Assembly: GCA_963789135.1 (NCBI GenBank)
Contig: CAWBJJ010000008.1
Coordinates: forward strand, 15,720 to 79,719
Direction: 5' to 3'
DNA: 64,000 nucleotides
DNA from: an uncultured Acidobacteriota bacterium
Lineage (GTDB): Bacteria; Actinomycetota; Acidimicrobiia; Spongiisociales; ZC4RG35
Positions 1-9,796 of the stretch are shown here, one piece after another. Under the pieces are notes generated by a model, which was given only the letters and a program-made list of their open reading frames with translations, was not told the DNA's origin and ran no database searches. How positions within the stretch are numbered: the first letter of the stretch is position 1; each line of letters begins with the position of its first letter. The position numbers were made by a program, and so were the translations under genes.

Positions 1-2
1 AC

Positions 3-131
3 AACCTGCTCTCCAACGCGATCAAGTTCACCCCGACCGAGGGGCGGGTGCGCGTCGTACTCCGCACGGCCGGCCATTCCGCGGAGATCGACGTGATCGA
101 CAGCGGTGTCGGCATCGGCGAGGATCTTCCC
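3..131 (+). other. 3-prime fragment of a sensor histidine kinase (HATPase_c region), truncated at junction
   Basis: Frame 3 reads NLLSNAIKFTPTEGRVRVVLRTAGHSAEIDVIDSGVGIGEDLP (typical HATPase_c N/G1 boxes) then degenerates into Pro/Arg-rich nonsense until a stop at 422; window starts inside the gene. Confidence 0.5.
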
Positions 132-291
132 GGACATGGGTGTGGATGTGCACCACCACTTCCTCCCCCACCCCGGGCAACGCGGCCACCGCACGCGGGG
201 TCATCGTCACCTCGTAACCGACTCCACTCGCCTCGAGACAGACCAACTCACTGCGCTTGGAGACGAGAACCCCGCGCAGACGACCGATCAC
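121..291 (-). pseudogene. ruvA: Holliday junction helicase RuvA, N-terminal 57 aa only (truncated at junction)
   Basis: MIGRLRGVLVSKRSELVCLEASGVGYEVTMTPRAVAALPGVGEEVVVHIHTHVREDP matches RuvA domain I; after REDP the frame becomes Arg-rich nonsense and no other frame continues RuvA; start codon overlaps ruvC stop as in ruvCAB operons. Confidence 0.6.
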
Positions 292-770
292 CGGCTCATC
301 TCCAGGGGTGCGGCACGCAGGTGGCAGAGAGCGATAGCCAGGGCGTCGGCGGCGTCTGCCGGCTGTGGCGGCTCGGCGAGTCGCAGGAGGCGGGCCACCA
401 TTTGTTGGATCTGAGCCTTTGAAGCGGCTCCATCACCCGTGATCGCCGACTTCACCGCGGTCGGGACATACTCCGACACCGGAAGTCCGGCCTTGGCAGC
501 AGCGAGCATCGCCACTCCCGACGCCCTACCCACGGAGATCGCAGTCTGCAGGTTGCGATTGGTGAATACCGTCTCCAGGGCGACGACGTCGGGCTTCGCC
601 TCGGCGATGACCTGAGTCAGGCCGGCGAACAACTCTGCGAGACGATCGGACATTGCGGCCTCAGGATCGGTGCGGATCACGCCGGCCATGACGCCGACAG
701 GCGGATGACCGCCCTGAACGACGGCGTATCCCGTCGTAGACAGCCCGGGATCGATTCCCAACACGAACAT
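288..770 (-). CDS. ruvC: crossover junction endodeoxyribonuclease RuvC
   Basis: MFVLGIDPGLSTTGYAVV... RuvC N-terminal catalytic motif; ATG at 768-770 chosen over the longer 251-aa ORF whose first 91 aa are Arg/Gly-rich. Confidence 0.85.
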   Translation of the reverse strand: MFVLGIDPGLSTTGYAVVQGGHPPVGVMAGVIRTDPEAAMSDRLAELFAGLTQVIAEAKPDVVALETVFTNRNLQTAISVGRASGVAMLAAAKAGLPVSEYVPTAVKSAITGDGAASKAQIQQMVARLLRLAEPPQPADAADALAIALCHLRAAPLEMSR

Positions 771-821
771 ATGTTTGGTGAGAGTAGGCGACGCCTGGGC
801 CCAAAGCGCGACAATCCCGAG

Positions 822-1244
822 ATGGAACAACGACTCAGCTTGGTCACTCTCGGGGTGTCCGACCTCACAAGGGCCCGCAACTTCTACAAGGCATTGGGGT
901 GGGTCCCCGCCGCAAGCCCGAGCGACGACGTGGCCTTCTTCCAGGCCGGCGGAATGGTCATGGCTCTGTGGAGTCGTGCCGAGTTGGAGGCAGACAGCGG
1001 CGTTGTCGATGGCGGAGGTTGGGGTGGAGTGACACTGGCTCACAACGTCCGGTCGCCTTCAGAGGTGGACGGTGTGATCGAAGAGGCTCGTTCTGCCGGC
1101 GCCACGATCGCCCGTGAGCCCGCGGCGACGTTCTGGGGCGGCTACTCAGGTGTTTTCGTCGACCTCGACGGGCATCCCTGGGAGGTAGCGCACAATCCGG
1201 ACTGGCCCCTCGACGACGACGGCGCGGTTCGACTGCCGGGATAG
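822..1244 (+). CDS. VOC (glyoxalase/bleomycin-resistance) family protein
   Basis: MEQRLSLVTLGVSDLTRARNFYKALGW... glyoxalase-like fold signature; divergent from ruvC. Confidence 0.7.
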   Translation: MEQRLSLVTLGVSDLTRARNFYKALGWVPAASPSDDVAFFQAGGMVMALWSRAELEADSGVVDGGGWGGVTLAHNVRSPSEVDGVIEEARSAGATIAREPAATFWGGYSGVFVDLDGHPWEVAHNPDWPLDDDGAVRLPG

Positions 1245-1262
1245 TCACAATCCGGGCAAGAG

Positions 1263-1289
1263 AAAGGCGCCCCATCGAGGGGCGCCTTT
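1263..1289. terminator. bidirectional hairpin between convergent genes
   Basis: perfect 11-bp inverted repeat AAAGGCGCCCC-ATCGA-GGGGCGCCTTT between the VOC gene (+) and the GlsB gene (-). Confidence 0.5.
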
Positions 1290-1306
1290 CCGAGAGTGGT
1301 AGCGGG

Positions 1307-1564
1307 TCAGACCGTGCTTCGGTTGCCTACCGATCGATAGGCCAGCAAGGCGATGATCGCACCGACCACGGATCCGATGATCCCGGCGGTGGTCACGTCC
1401 CACTGCCCGTCGAACAGCAGGTTCCCGAGGAAACCACCCACCAACGAACCGACGAGGCCCAACAGCATCGTGCCGAGGATCCCCATCGGGTCGGAACCGG
1501 GCACCAACGCCCTTGCGATCAGCCCGGCGATGAGCCCGACCAGCAGCCAAATCAGAATGCCCAT
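1307..1564 (-). CDS. GlsB/YeaQ/YmgE family stress-response membrane protein
   Basis: 85 aa, Gly-rich two-helix membrane protein MGILIWLLVGLIAGLIARALVPG... Confidence 0.75.
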   Translation of the reverse strand: MGILIWLLVGLIAGLIARALVPGSDPMGILGTMLLGLVGSLVGGFLGNLLFDGQWDVTTAGIIGSVVGAIIALLAYRSVGNRSTV

Positions 1565-1633
1565 GTCTTACCTCCTGGATACGTCTAGGACGTCGATTGG
1601 ATACCCGTAGGAGGCGACGCCGAAAACAAGGAT

Positions 1634-2383
1634 TCAGACTTCTTCGAGGACGCGTTCCATGACATCGTCGTCGATGTCGTAGTTGGAAAACACCGCCTGG
1701 ACGTCGTCGAGATCGTCGAGAGCGTCGATCAGGCGCAGCAGGCGGCGGGCATCGGACTCCCCCACCGGGACGGTGGTCGACGGGAGTTGGGTGACGTCCG
1801 CCGAGCCGATCTCGACGCCCGCCGTCTCCATTGCGGTGCGCACCGCCTGGAGATCGCCTGGATTGGTGACCACCTCGAACCATTGCTCTCCCACGTCCCG
1901 CACGTCGTCGGCGCCGGCGTCGAGCGCCGCCAGCATCACCTCGTCCTCACCACCCTTGGCCTCGATCAGGCCCTTCTGGGTGAAGAGGTAACCCACCGAA
2001 CCCGGTTCGCCAAGGCTGCCACCGGCCCGGGTGAAGGTGGACCGAACGTCGGACGCCGCTCGGTTGCGATTGTCCGTGAGGATCTGCACGTACAGGGCGA
2101 CACCACCAGGGCCGTATCCTTCGTACCAAATCTCCTCGTAGTGAGCGCCCTCGACTTCGCCTGTTCCCCGCTTCACGGCCCGGTCGATGTTGTCGTTGGG
2201 CATTGATGCGGCTTTCGCCTTGAAGATGGCGGTGGCCAGTGTGGGATTGAACTCGGGGTTGCCGCCGCCCTCCCGCGCCGCGATCTCGATGGCCTTGGCC
2301 AGTTTCCCGAAGAGCTTGCCCCGGGCCGCGTCCTGACGGCCCTTGCGGTGCTTGATGTTCGCCCACTTCGAGTGCCCTGACAT
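1634..2383 (-). CDS. yebC: YebC/PmpR family DNA-binding transcriptional regulator
   Basis: MSGHSKWANIKHRKGRQDAARGKLFGKLAKAI... canonical YebC N-terminus; upstream of ruvC as in actinobacteria. Confidence 0.9.
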   Translation of the reverse strand: MSGHSKWANIKHRKGRQDAARGKLFGKLAKAIEIAAREGGGNPEFNPTLATAIFKAKAASMPNDNIDRAVKRGTGEVEGAHYEEIWYEGYGPGGVALYVQILTDNRNRAASDVRSTFTRAGGSLGEPGSVGYLFTQKGLIEAKGGEDEVMLAALDAGADDVRDVGEQWFEVVTNPGDLQAVRTAMETAGVEIGSADVTQLPSTTVPVGESDARRLLRLIDALDDLDDVQAVFSNYDIDDDVMERVLEEV

Positions 2384-2392
2384 CTCAGCTCC

Positions 2393-2956
2393 TCAGATCA
2401 GGTCCAACAGCATCCGGTGGATCCGGCTGTCGCCGGTCAGTTCGGGATGGAACGACGTGGCGAGGATCCGGTCCTGGCGAACCATCACCGGGTGCTCGCC
2501 GACGCTCGACATGACCTCGACTTCGGAGCCGACCTTCTCCACCCACGGAGCCCGGATGAACACCGCATGGAAGGGCCCGTCGAGAGTGTCGATCTCCAGG
2601 TCCGCCTCGAAGGAGTCGTTCTGGCGGCCAAATGCATTGCGCCGGACCACCACGTCGAGAGCGCCGAGCAGAGGCTGATCGCCGTCGGTGACCGCACCTG
2701 CGAGGAAGATCATCCCCGCACAGGTCCCGTAGACCGGCAGACCGCCGTCGATTGACTCCCGCAGAGGGTCGAGGAGCCCGAATCGGACCGCCATCTTCCC
2801 GATGGTCGTCGACTCCCCGCCAGGAATGACCAGCGCGTCGATCGCGTCGATCTGTTCCGGTTTCTTCACCGCGAGCGCGCCTACCCCCAGGGAATCGAGG
2901 ATCGTCAGATGCTCGCGAACGTCCCCTTGCAAGGCGAGGACGCCGACGGTGCTCAT
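2393..2956 (-). CDS. pdxT: pyridoxal 5-phosphate synthase glutaminase subunit PdxT
   Basis: VGVLALQGDVREH...GTCAGMIFLA class I glutamine amidotransferase, PdxT-type. Confidence 0.9.
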   Translation of the reverse strand: MSTVGVLALQGDVREHLTILDSLGVGALAVKKPEQIDAIDALVIPGGESTTIGKMAVRFGLLDPLRESIDGGLPVYGTCAGMIFLAGAVTDGDQPLLGALDVVVRRNAFGRQNDSFEADLEIDTLDGPFHAVFIRAPWVEKVGSEVEVMSSVGEHPVMVRQDRILATSFHPELTGDSRIHRMLLDLI

Positions 2957-2957
2957 G

Positions 2958-3866
2958 TCACCATCCCCGGCCGGCGAGACGCTCCGAATCGGTCAACGTT
3001 CCCAGTTCTATCCCGGGCATGGCCTCGCCCAGGCCCCGGGAAACCTTGGCCACAACCTCGGGCTCGTTCCAGAAGGTGGTGGCCTCGACGATGGCCCGCG
3101 CGTACGCATCGGGGTTCGAGCTCTTGAAGATCCCCGAGCCGACGAAAACCCCGTCGACTCCGAGCGACATCATCAGGGCGGCGTCAGCAGGGGTGGCAAT
3201 GCCACCGGCCGCGAAGTTGACAACCGGGAGCTTGCCCAGAGATGCGACCTCGCGGACCAGCTCGAAGGGAGCCTGATGATCCCGGGCCGCAGACATCAGT
3301 TGCGCCTCGTCGAGCTGGGTCAGCGTCCGCATCTCATTGGTCACCGTGCGCATGTGGCGCACTGCTTCCACGACGTTCCCGGTGCCGGCCTCACCCTTGG
3401 TCCGGATCATGGCGGCTCCTTCACCGATGCGGCGCAGAGCCTCGCCCAGGTTGCGGGCGCCACAGACGAATGGGGTAGTGAAGGCCCACTTGTCGACGTG
3501 ATGATCTTCGTCGGCAGGGGTGAGCACCTCGGACTCGTCGATGTAGTCCACACCCAGAGACTGGAGGACCGCAGCCTCGGTGAAATGCCCGATCCGGCAC
3601 TTGGCCATGACCGGGATGGTGACCGCAGCCTGGATCTCTTCGATCTTGGTGGGATCGGCCATGCGGGCGACTCCCCCATCGCGACGTATGTCGGCGGGAA
3701 CTCGCTCCAAGGCCATCACCGCCACCGCGCCGGCTTCCTCGGCGATCTTCGCCTCTGATGCGGTGACCACATCCATGATTACCCCGCCCTTGAGCATTTC
3801 GGCGAGGCCTCTCTTCACACGATCTGTACCGGTTTCCACGGAAGGCTCCATTGAGGGGAAAACCAA
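2958..3866 (-). CDS. pdxS: pyridoxal 5-phosphate synthase lyase subunit PdxS
   Basis: [18 protein letters not shown]...; true start may be the internal MEPSV Met. Confidence 0.9.
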   Translation of the reverse strand: MVFPSMEPSVETGTDRVKRGLAEMLKGGVIMDVVTASEAKIAEEAGAVAVMALERVPADIRRDGGVARMADPTKIEEIQAAVTIPVMAKCRIGHFTEAAVLQSLGVDYIDESEVLTPADEDHHVDKWAFTTPFVCGARNLGEALRRIGEGAAMIRTKGEAGTGNVVEAVRHMRTVTNEMRTLTQLDEAQLMSAARDHQAPFELVREVASLGKLPVVNFAAGGIATPADAALMMSLGVDGVFVGSGIFKSSNPDAYARAIVEATTFWNEPEVVAKVSRGLGEAMPGIELGTLTDSERLAGRGW

Positions 3867-3890
3867 TGGTACAGCCTCGGCGTTGATGAT

Positions 3891-4926
3891 CTAAGAGGCT
3901 GTTTCGGCGTAAAGGGAGCGATATGAGGCCCCGACCACGCTCCAGTCGTAGCGACTCGCGATCTCCCGGCCTACTGCAGTGAGCCTCGACCGCTCCGCAG
4001 AGTCACGAAGCAGCTCGACAAGGGCTCTGGCCAGGGCATCGCTGTCACCGACCGGGAAGAATCGGGCCGCGCCCTCCGCGACCGCGACGAACGCGTCCAG
4101 GTTCGAGGAGACGACCGCGGCCCCGGCGGCCATCGCCTCGAGGAGCACGATCCCGAACGACTCGCCGCCGAGTTGTGGGGCCACGAAAACAGACGACGAG
4201 TTGAGGACCTGCGCCTTCTTGCGGTCGTTCACCCTCCCCAGCCACTCGGCGCGGTCGTCGTCGCGGTGGGCACCCATGACGGTCAGGACCGCGTCTGGCA
4301 CCTTGGCGACCACGTCGGCCCAGGCGGTGAGCAGCACCTCGAGGCCCTTGCGCGGCTCGTCGCGCCCAAGAAACGACACCCGGTACCGATCCCGCTCGAC
4401 GTCGACGCGCATCGCCTCCACATCGAGGCCGTTGGGGATGATCCGGGCTTCGAGCCGGGACGGAAGGGGCGACGCCGCGGTCTGGCTGACTGCGGTCACG
4501 GCGGCGCAATTGCCCATCACCTTGGTCAACAGCCCCCCACCCAGTCGATAGGCGAGCCTGGCTGCAGAGCCGGGGGCAGCATGGAATGTCGCCACGACCG
4601 GTGGCCCCGAGTGATTGGCAAAGAGCGACACCAGGGGCATCAGGGGCTCGTGAACGTGGAGGACGTCGAGCTCGCCGGCCACCTCGCGAAGGCGGGATCG
4701 CGATCTGGGGTCGATCGAGATCGGGACCTTGGAGCCGTTCCCGGGAATGGAGACACTCCCACCGAGGTCGATGCCGTCCACGCCTTCCGGCAGGCCCGGG
4801 GCCGAGCACCATGGGGTGATCTCCCTGCCCGCTCAAGTATCGGGCGAGTCCCAGGACCTGGGACTGGACGCCGCCCGGCACGGAGAGGTCATAGGGGCTG
4901 ACCAGCCCGATGCGCATCCCGCTCAT
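3891..4926 (-). pseudogene. pimA: phosphatidylinositol alpha-mannosyltransferase PimA (GT4), interrupted by a single-base frameshift
   Basis: N-terminus MSGMRIGLVSPYDLSVPGGVQSQVLGLARYL in frame of 4926; remainder (…LHVHEPL…GGESFGIVLLEAMAAG…) in frame of 3891..4781; shift maps to GGCCCCGGGCC run near 4792-4805; one extra G restores ...MVLGPGLPEGVDGIDLGG. Confidence 0.7.
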
Positions 4927-5798
4927 TTCCGGTCAGAGGGCCAGTTGGGCTGGACGAGGTGCCATTGCCGCGGAGCCTCGGCGATCAACTTCTCGAGGCG
5001 GTAGGCCAGCTCCTGGGTCATCGCCTGGACCTTTTCGGAGCGGGTCCCGGACTCCGGGATCGGTATTGGGGGCGTGATCACCACCCGGTGCCCCTGCCCC
5101 TCGAAATACGAGCCGACAGGGAGCAATGGAGCGCCGCTCCTGATCGCCAGCGTTGCCGGCCCCGGCGGGAGGGTGGTCCGCTCCCCGAAGAACTCCACTT
5201 CGACGCCACGACGCTTGAGATCACGGTCGGAGAGAAGGGCCACTGCCTTGTTCTCCTCCAGCGCCGTCTCCAGCTTGCGCATGACCTCGGTGCTCCCGGT
5301 GGCGAGCACGATCTCGATCCCGAACGCGGCCCGCATCTCGGTGAACCAGTTGGTGATCAGCTCGTTGGACAGGCGTTCGGCTACAGCGACCACCGGGGCT
5401 CCGGCTGTGACCGAAACCGGCGCAGCCGCCTCCCAATTCCCCATGTGTGGCAACGCAAAGATCATCCCCTTGCCCCTGTCGCGGGCGCCGGTGATCTCCT
5501 CCAGCCCGTCCACGGTGGTATTGCGCCGGATTGCGGCCACCCGGTCGGGGCGGGCCCAGAAGACCTCCGCCCAATAGCGCCCGTAGGACTCCATGACCGA
5601 GCGGGCGGCGGCCGCGGTGTCAGCGCCCTCCCCGAGCACCCGGCCCATGTGACGCTGCGTCATCTGACGGCGACCGGAGGCGAACGTGTGCCAGACCCGA
5701 CCGAAGGCCCTTCCCAATGCCAGCGCCACCGATTGGGGGAGCAGGCCGACCAGCCCCACGCCGGCCCGGAGGGCCAGATATCCCAGGAAGTCCTTCAC
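4923..5798 (-). CDS. phosphatidylinositol mannoside acyltransferase (LpxL/HtrB-family lysophospholipid acyltransferase)
   Basis: 291 aa lipid A biosynthesis acyltransferase fold; position between pgsA1 and pimA conserved in actinobacteria; GTG start overlaps pgsA stop by 1 nt. Confidence 0.8.
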   Translation of the reverse strand: MKDFLGYLALRAGVGLVGLLPQSVALALGRAFGRVWHTFASGRRQMTQRHMGRVLGEGADTAAAARSVMESYGRYWAEVFWARPDRVAAIRRNTTVDGLEEITGARDRGKGMIFALPHMGNWEAAAPVSVTAGAPVVAVAERLSNELITNWFTEMRAAFGIEIVLATGSTEVMRKLETALEENKAVALLSDRDLKRRGVEVEFFGERTTLPPGPATLAIRSGAPLLPVGSYFEGQGHRVVITPPIPIPESGTRSEKVQAMTQELAYRLEKLIAEAPRQWHLVQPNWPSDRK

Positions 5799-6382
5799 TA
5801 GAAGGAACGGTAGGTGCGGATGAACCGCGAGAAAGCGGTTAGCCAGACCAACACCACGAACACCCAGAGCATCGGCTCCACGAAGCCGAGCATCAGCCCG
5901 ACGGAGAAGACCAGCACTCGCTCCGCCCGGCCCATGAGACCGCTCCTCCCGTCGAACCCCTCTATTTCTGCCCGTGCCCTCATGTAGGGGACCAGCATTG
6001 CGCCTCCTATTGCAAGCACGATCAGGAGCAGCTCGCGGGGCTGACCGGCGCGTAGGAAGCCCAGGCCGGCGAAGGCCGCTATCTCACCCATGCGATCGAA
6101 CGCCGAGTCGAGGAAGGCTCCGCGGGGCGAGACCTGGCCCGAGGCACGGGCCACAGAGCCGTCGAGGCCGTCGAGGAGCGCACCGAGGAGCACCACTGCA
6201 GCCCCCGATCGCATGAGGCCGGACGCGATCATCACGGACCCCGTGATCACCACGGCGAGGCCGAGGAAGGTGATCATGGTTGGGGTCACACCAATCGAGG
6301 CCAGAGAGTGGCCGATCGGCTCCATAAACCGGGTGACGCGGGGGCGAACCCGCAGGTCGATCACGACTATCCAAAGTAGCAC
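5798..6382 (-). CDS. pgsA: CDP-alcohol phosphatidyltransferase (phosphatidylinositol phosphate synthase, PgsA1-like)
   Basis: ...GLDGSVARASGQVSPRGAFLDSAFDRMGE... CDP-OH transferase motif D-G-x2-A-R-x8-G-x3-D-x3-D; multi-TM. Confidence 0.8.
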   Translation of the reverse strand: MLLWIVVIDLRVRPRVTRFMEPIGHSLASIGVTPTMITFLGLAVVITGSVMIASGLMRSGAAVVLLGALLDGLDGSVARASGQVSPRGAFLDSAFDRMGEIAAFAGLGFLRAGQPRELLLIVLAIGGAMLVPYMRARAEIEGFDGRSGLMGRAERVLVFSVGLMLGFVEPMLWVFVVLVWLTAFSRFIRTYRSF

Positions 6383-6447
6383 GCGCCCGGGAACCCTGAT
6401 GCTGGCCGGCGTTAGGATCGGGGCATCGCCCCGGCAAAGGAGGTCAT

Positions 6448-8499
6448 TTGGAACCCGAGAAAGTTCGGAATGTCGCGCTGGTCGGCCACGGCGGAAGCGG
6501 TAAGACCACCCTCGCCGAGGCGCTCCTCTTCATCGGTGGCGCCACCACCAGACGCGGCTCAGTGGAACAGGGCACGACCGTTTTCGACCACGAGCCCGAG
6601 GAGATCGAGCGAACGATCTCGCTCGGGCTGGCGGTGGCCTCCCTCGAGTGGCAGGGCCACACCATCAATCTCATCGACACACCCGGATCCAGCGACTTCT
6701 CGGGTGATGCCAGGGCCACGCTCCGCGCCGCTGACCTCGCCCTATTCGTGGTCTCCGGCGTCGACGGGATCGAGGTCCAGACCGAGCAGTTGTGGAGGAT
6801 CGCAGGCGAGGAGTCGATCCCCCGCGCAGTTGTGGTCACCAAGCTCGACCGCGACCGATCTTCCTTCGAGAGGACTCTCGACCAGCTTCGTCAGGCCTTC
6901 GGCAAGGCGATTGCCCCGATTCAGGTCCCGATCGGGGCCGAGGATGGCCTATCTGGCGTGGTGCGGGTCGCCAGCGAGCGCGCCTACACCTATTCCGGCG
7001 ACGGCAAGGCCGGAACCGAGATCCCGCTCCCGGCGGAGGTCGAAGACCGGGTACACGCCGCGCACACCGCGCTCGTAGAGACAGTTGTCGAGACCGACGA
7101 CGCGATGATGGAGGCGTATTTCGAGGGCACCGAGCCCTCCCGGGAGGACATCGTGGCGACGGTGCACCGCGGGATCCTCGACGGGACCCTGCACCCGGTG
7201 ATCGTCACCTCGGCAGAGAAGCTGATCGGCATCGACCTCCTCGCCGAATTCATCGTCGACTACGGCCCCAACCCCCTGGAGCGGCCGATCCCGCGGCTCT
7301 CGTCGGGGGACAGCTTCGCCCCCGCCGTCGATGGGCCTGTGCTCGCATATGTCTTCAAGACCGTGTCCGACCCATTCGTGGGCAGGATCTCGATGTTCCG
7401 CATCTTCTCGGGGACGATCAAGGCCGATCAGGAGCTCGAGTTGGCCCGAGGGGGAAAGGTCCGGCTCCACAACCTGTTCCTGCTCCAGGGCAAGGACCAT
7501 CACGATGCGGCCGACCTCCCCGCCGGTGGGATCGGCGCGGTGGCCAAGGTGGAGAACGTGATGGTTGGCGACACGATGCGATCGCATGGCCTCAACGCCA
7601 CCGTCGAACCGGTCACCTATCCCAAGCCGGTGGCCGAGGTGGCGATTACACCGGTCTCTCATCACGACGAGGAAAAGCTGTCGACCGCCCTGCACCGAAT
7701 CGAAGAGGAAGACCCCACCCTGCGCATCGAAAGGCGGCCCGAGACCGGGGAGACGATCCTCGCCGGGCTCGGCGACAGCCACCTCGACGTGACTCTGGCC
7801 CGCATCCACCGCAAGTTCGGGGTCGAGGTCGCCTCGTCGCTGCCGGTGATCCCCTATCGGGAGACGATCACAACGTCGGGTGAGGCCGAGGGCAAGCACA
7901 AGAAGCAGAGCGGCGGCCGGGGCCAGTTCGGGGTGGCTTCGGTCAAGTTCGCCCCGTTGCCCAGAGGGTCCGGCTACGAGTACATCGATTCGATCAAGGG
8001 TGGCTCGATTCCCCGCCAGTTCATCCCGGCCGTGGACAAGGGCATCCAGGAGTCGCTGCGTCGGGGGATCCTGGCCGGTTACCCGGTGATCGACATCTCG
8101 GCCGAGGTCTACGACGGCAAGTTCCACTCGGTCGACTCCGACGAGATGTCGTTCCGAATGGCTGGCATCCAGGCGGTCAAGGCCGCCGCGATGAAACTGC
8201 GCCCAATCCTCCTCGAGCCCGTGATGAGGGTGACGGTCACGGTCCCCGAGGAGCATCTCGGCGACGTGATGGGTGACATCAACTCCAAGCGGGGCCGGGT
8301 GCTGGGCATGGAGGGCGAGGGAAACCTCAGATCGGTGGTCGCCGAGGTTCCTATGGCCGAGATCCAGCAGTACGCGGCCGAACTGCGGTCTTTGACCTCA
8401 GGACGGGGTAACTTCGAAGTCGAATTCGATCACTACGCAGAAGTGCCCCACAATGAGGCGCAGAATGTGATCGCCGCCGCTCAGTCGGCCGAAACGTAA
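6448..8499 (+). CDS. elongation factor G-like protein (EF-G2 paralog)
   Basis: 683 aa; G domain VALVGHGGSGKTTLAEALL...DTPGSSDF...TKLD; EF-G domains II-V; not adjacent to rpsL/rpsG/tuf. Confidence 0.85.
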   Translation: MEPEKVRNVALVGHGGSGKTTLAEALLFIGGATTRRGSVEQGTTVFDHEPEEIERTISLGLAVASLEWQGHTINLIDTPGSSDFSGDARATLRAADLALFVVSGVDGIEVQTEQLWRIAGEESIPRAVVVTKLDRDRSSFERTLDQLRQAFGKAIAPIQVPIGAEDGLSGVVRVASERAYTYSGDGKAGTEIPLPAEVEDRVHAAHTALVETVVETDDAMMEAYFEGTEPSREDIVATVHRGILDGTLHPVIVTSAEKLIGIDLLAEFIVDYGPNPLERPIPRLSSGDSFAPAVDGPVLAYVFKTVSDPFVGRISMFRIFSGTIKADQELELARGGKVRLHNLFLLQGKDHHDAADLPAGGIGAVAKVENVMVGDTMRSHGLNATVEPVTYPKPVAEVAITPVSHHDEEKLSTALHRIEEEDPTLRIERRPETGETILAGLGDSHLDVTLARIHRKFGVEVASSLPVIPYRETITTSGEAEGKHKKQSGGRGQFGVASVKFAPLPRGSGYEYIDSIKGGSIPRQFIPAVDKGIQESLRRGILAGYPVIDISAEVYDGKFHSVDSDEMSFRMAGIQAVKAAAMKLRPILLEPVMRVTVTVPEEHLGDVMGDINSKRGRVLGMEGEGNLRSVVAEVPMAEIQQYAAELRSLTSGRGNFEVEFDHYAEVPHNEAQNVIAAAQSAET

Positions 8500-8512
8500 G
8501 CGAGGCCGGGTC

Positions 8513-9796
8513 ATGGGCGAGGTAACAGTCAGGTACGGGGACAAGGAGATCACGCTCCCCACGATCACCGGCACCTTCGGGGACTCGGCAGTCGACATCT
8601 CCAAACTGCGCGCCGAGCTGGGGATCGCGACCATTGACAGCGGCTTCGCCAACACCGCCGAGGGCTCCTCCGGAGTGAGTTTCGTCGGTGGCGAAGAGGG
8701 CGTCCTGTCGTATCGGGGCTATCCGATCGAGCAACTGGCGGAGAAGGCCACCTTCATGGAGGTCTCCTACCTGCTCCAGTACGGCGAGCTCCCCACCAAG
8801 GATCAGTACGAGGAGTACGTCGAGTCCATCACCCGCCACACCCTGCTTCGGGAGGACATGAAGTACCTGTTCGAGGCTTTCCCCCACTCGGCGCACCCGA
8901 TGCAGATCCTGGCCGCGGGGACGTCCGCCCTGGCCAGCTACTACCCGGACGCCCTCGACCCGACGGACGAGGCGTCGGTGGACATCAGCGCCCGGCGCCT
9001 TGTCGCCAAGACCCCGACCATGATCGCCTGGTCATACAAGTACCGGGTGCACCAGCCCTACATCTACCCGGACAACGACCTCGACTACGCCTCCAGCTTC
9101 CTCAAGATGATGTTCTCGGTGCCGGCCGAGGAATACAACCCCGATCCCGTGGTCGCCAAAGTCCTCAACCTGCTTCTCATCCTCCACGCCGATCATGGTC
9201 AGAACTGCTCGACCTCGGCGGTCCGTTTGGTCGGGTCGAGTCAGGCCAACATGTTCAGCTCAGTCGCGGCTGGGATTCATGCGCTCTCCGGGCCACTGCA
9301 TGGTGGCGCCAACGAGGAGGTGCTCAACATGCTGGAGACGATCGTGGCCGACGGCGGAGACGTCTCCAAGTACGTGGCCCGGGCCAAGGACCGGAACGAC
9401 CCGTTCCGGCTGATGGGTTTCGGGCATCGGGTGTACAAGAATTTCGACCCACGGGCCCGGATCATCAAGCAGGCGAGCGACGACGTGCTGGACGCTCTTG
9501 GGGTGCAGGACCCCGCGCTCGAGGTCGCCATGGAGTTGGAGTCCCTGGCCCGGTCCGACGATTACTTCATCTCACGCAAGCTCTACCCGAACGTGGACTT
9601 CTACTCCGGGATCATCTACCGGGCAATCGGCTTCCCCAAGGACACCTTCACGGTTCTGTTCGCGTTGGGACGGCTCCCGGGATGGATCGCACAATGGCGG
9701 GAGCTGATGGCAAACCCCAAAACCCGGATCTTCAGGCCGCGCCAGCTGTATGTCGGTCCCGAGGTCCGGGACTTCGTCGAGATGCAAGACCGGTAG
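8513..9796 (+). CDS. gltA: citrate synthase
   Basis: 427 aa; ...LILHADHGQNCSTSAVRLVGSSQANMF...GFGHRVYKNFDPRA citrate synthase active-site motifs. Confidence 0.9.
   Translation: MGEVTVRYGDKEITLPTITGTFGDSAVDISKLRAELGIATIDSGFANTAEGSSGVSFVGGEEGVLSYRGYPIEQLAEKATFMEVSYLLQYGELPTKDQYEEYVESITRHTLLREDMKYLFEAFPHSAHPMQILAAGTSALASYYPDALDPTDEASVDISARRLVAKTPTMIAWSYKYRVHQPYIYPDNDLDYASSFLKMMFSVPAEEYNPDPVVAKVLNLLLILHADHGQNCSTSAVRLVGSSQANMFSSVAAGIHALSGPLHGGANEEVLNMLETIVADGGDVSKYVARAKDRNDPFRLMGFGHRVYKNFDPRARIIKQASDDVLDALGVQDPALEVAMELESLARSDDYFISRKLYPNVDFYSGIIYRAIGFPKDTFTVLFALGRLPGWIAQWRELMANPKTRIFRPRQLYVGPEVRDFVEMQDR

Noticed and set aside
6949-8256. 435-aa minus-strand ORF antisense to the EF-G-like gene
   Set aside because: Arg/Asp/Gly-rich low-complexity translation opposite a strongly supported gene; typical GC-rich antisense ORF.
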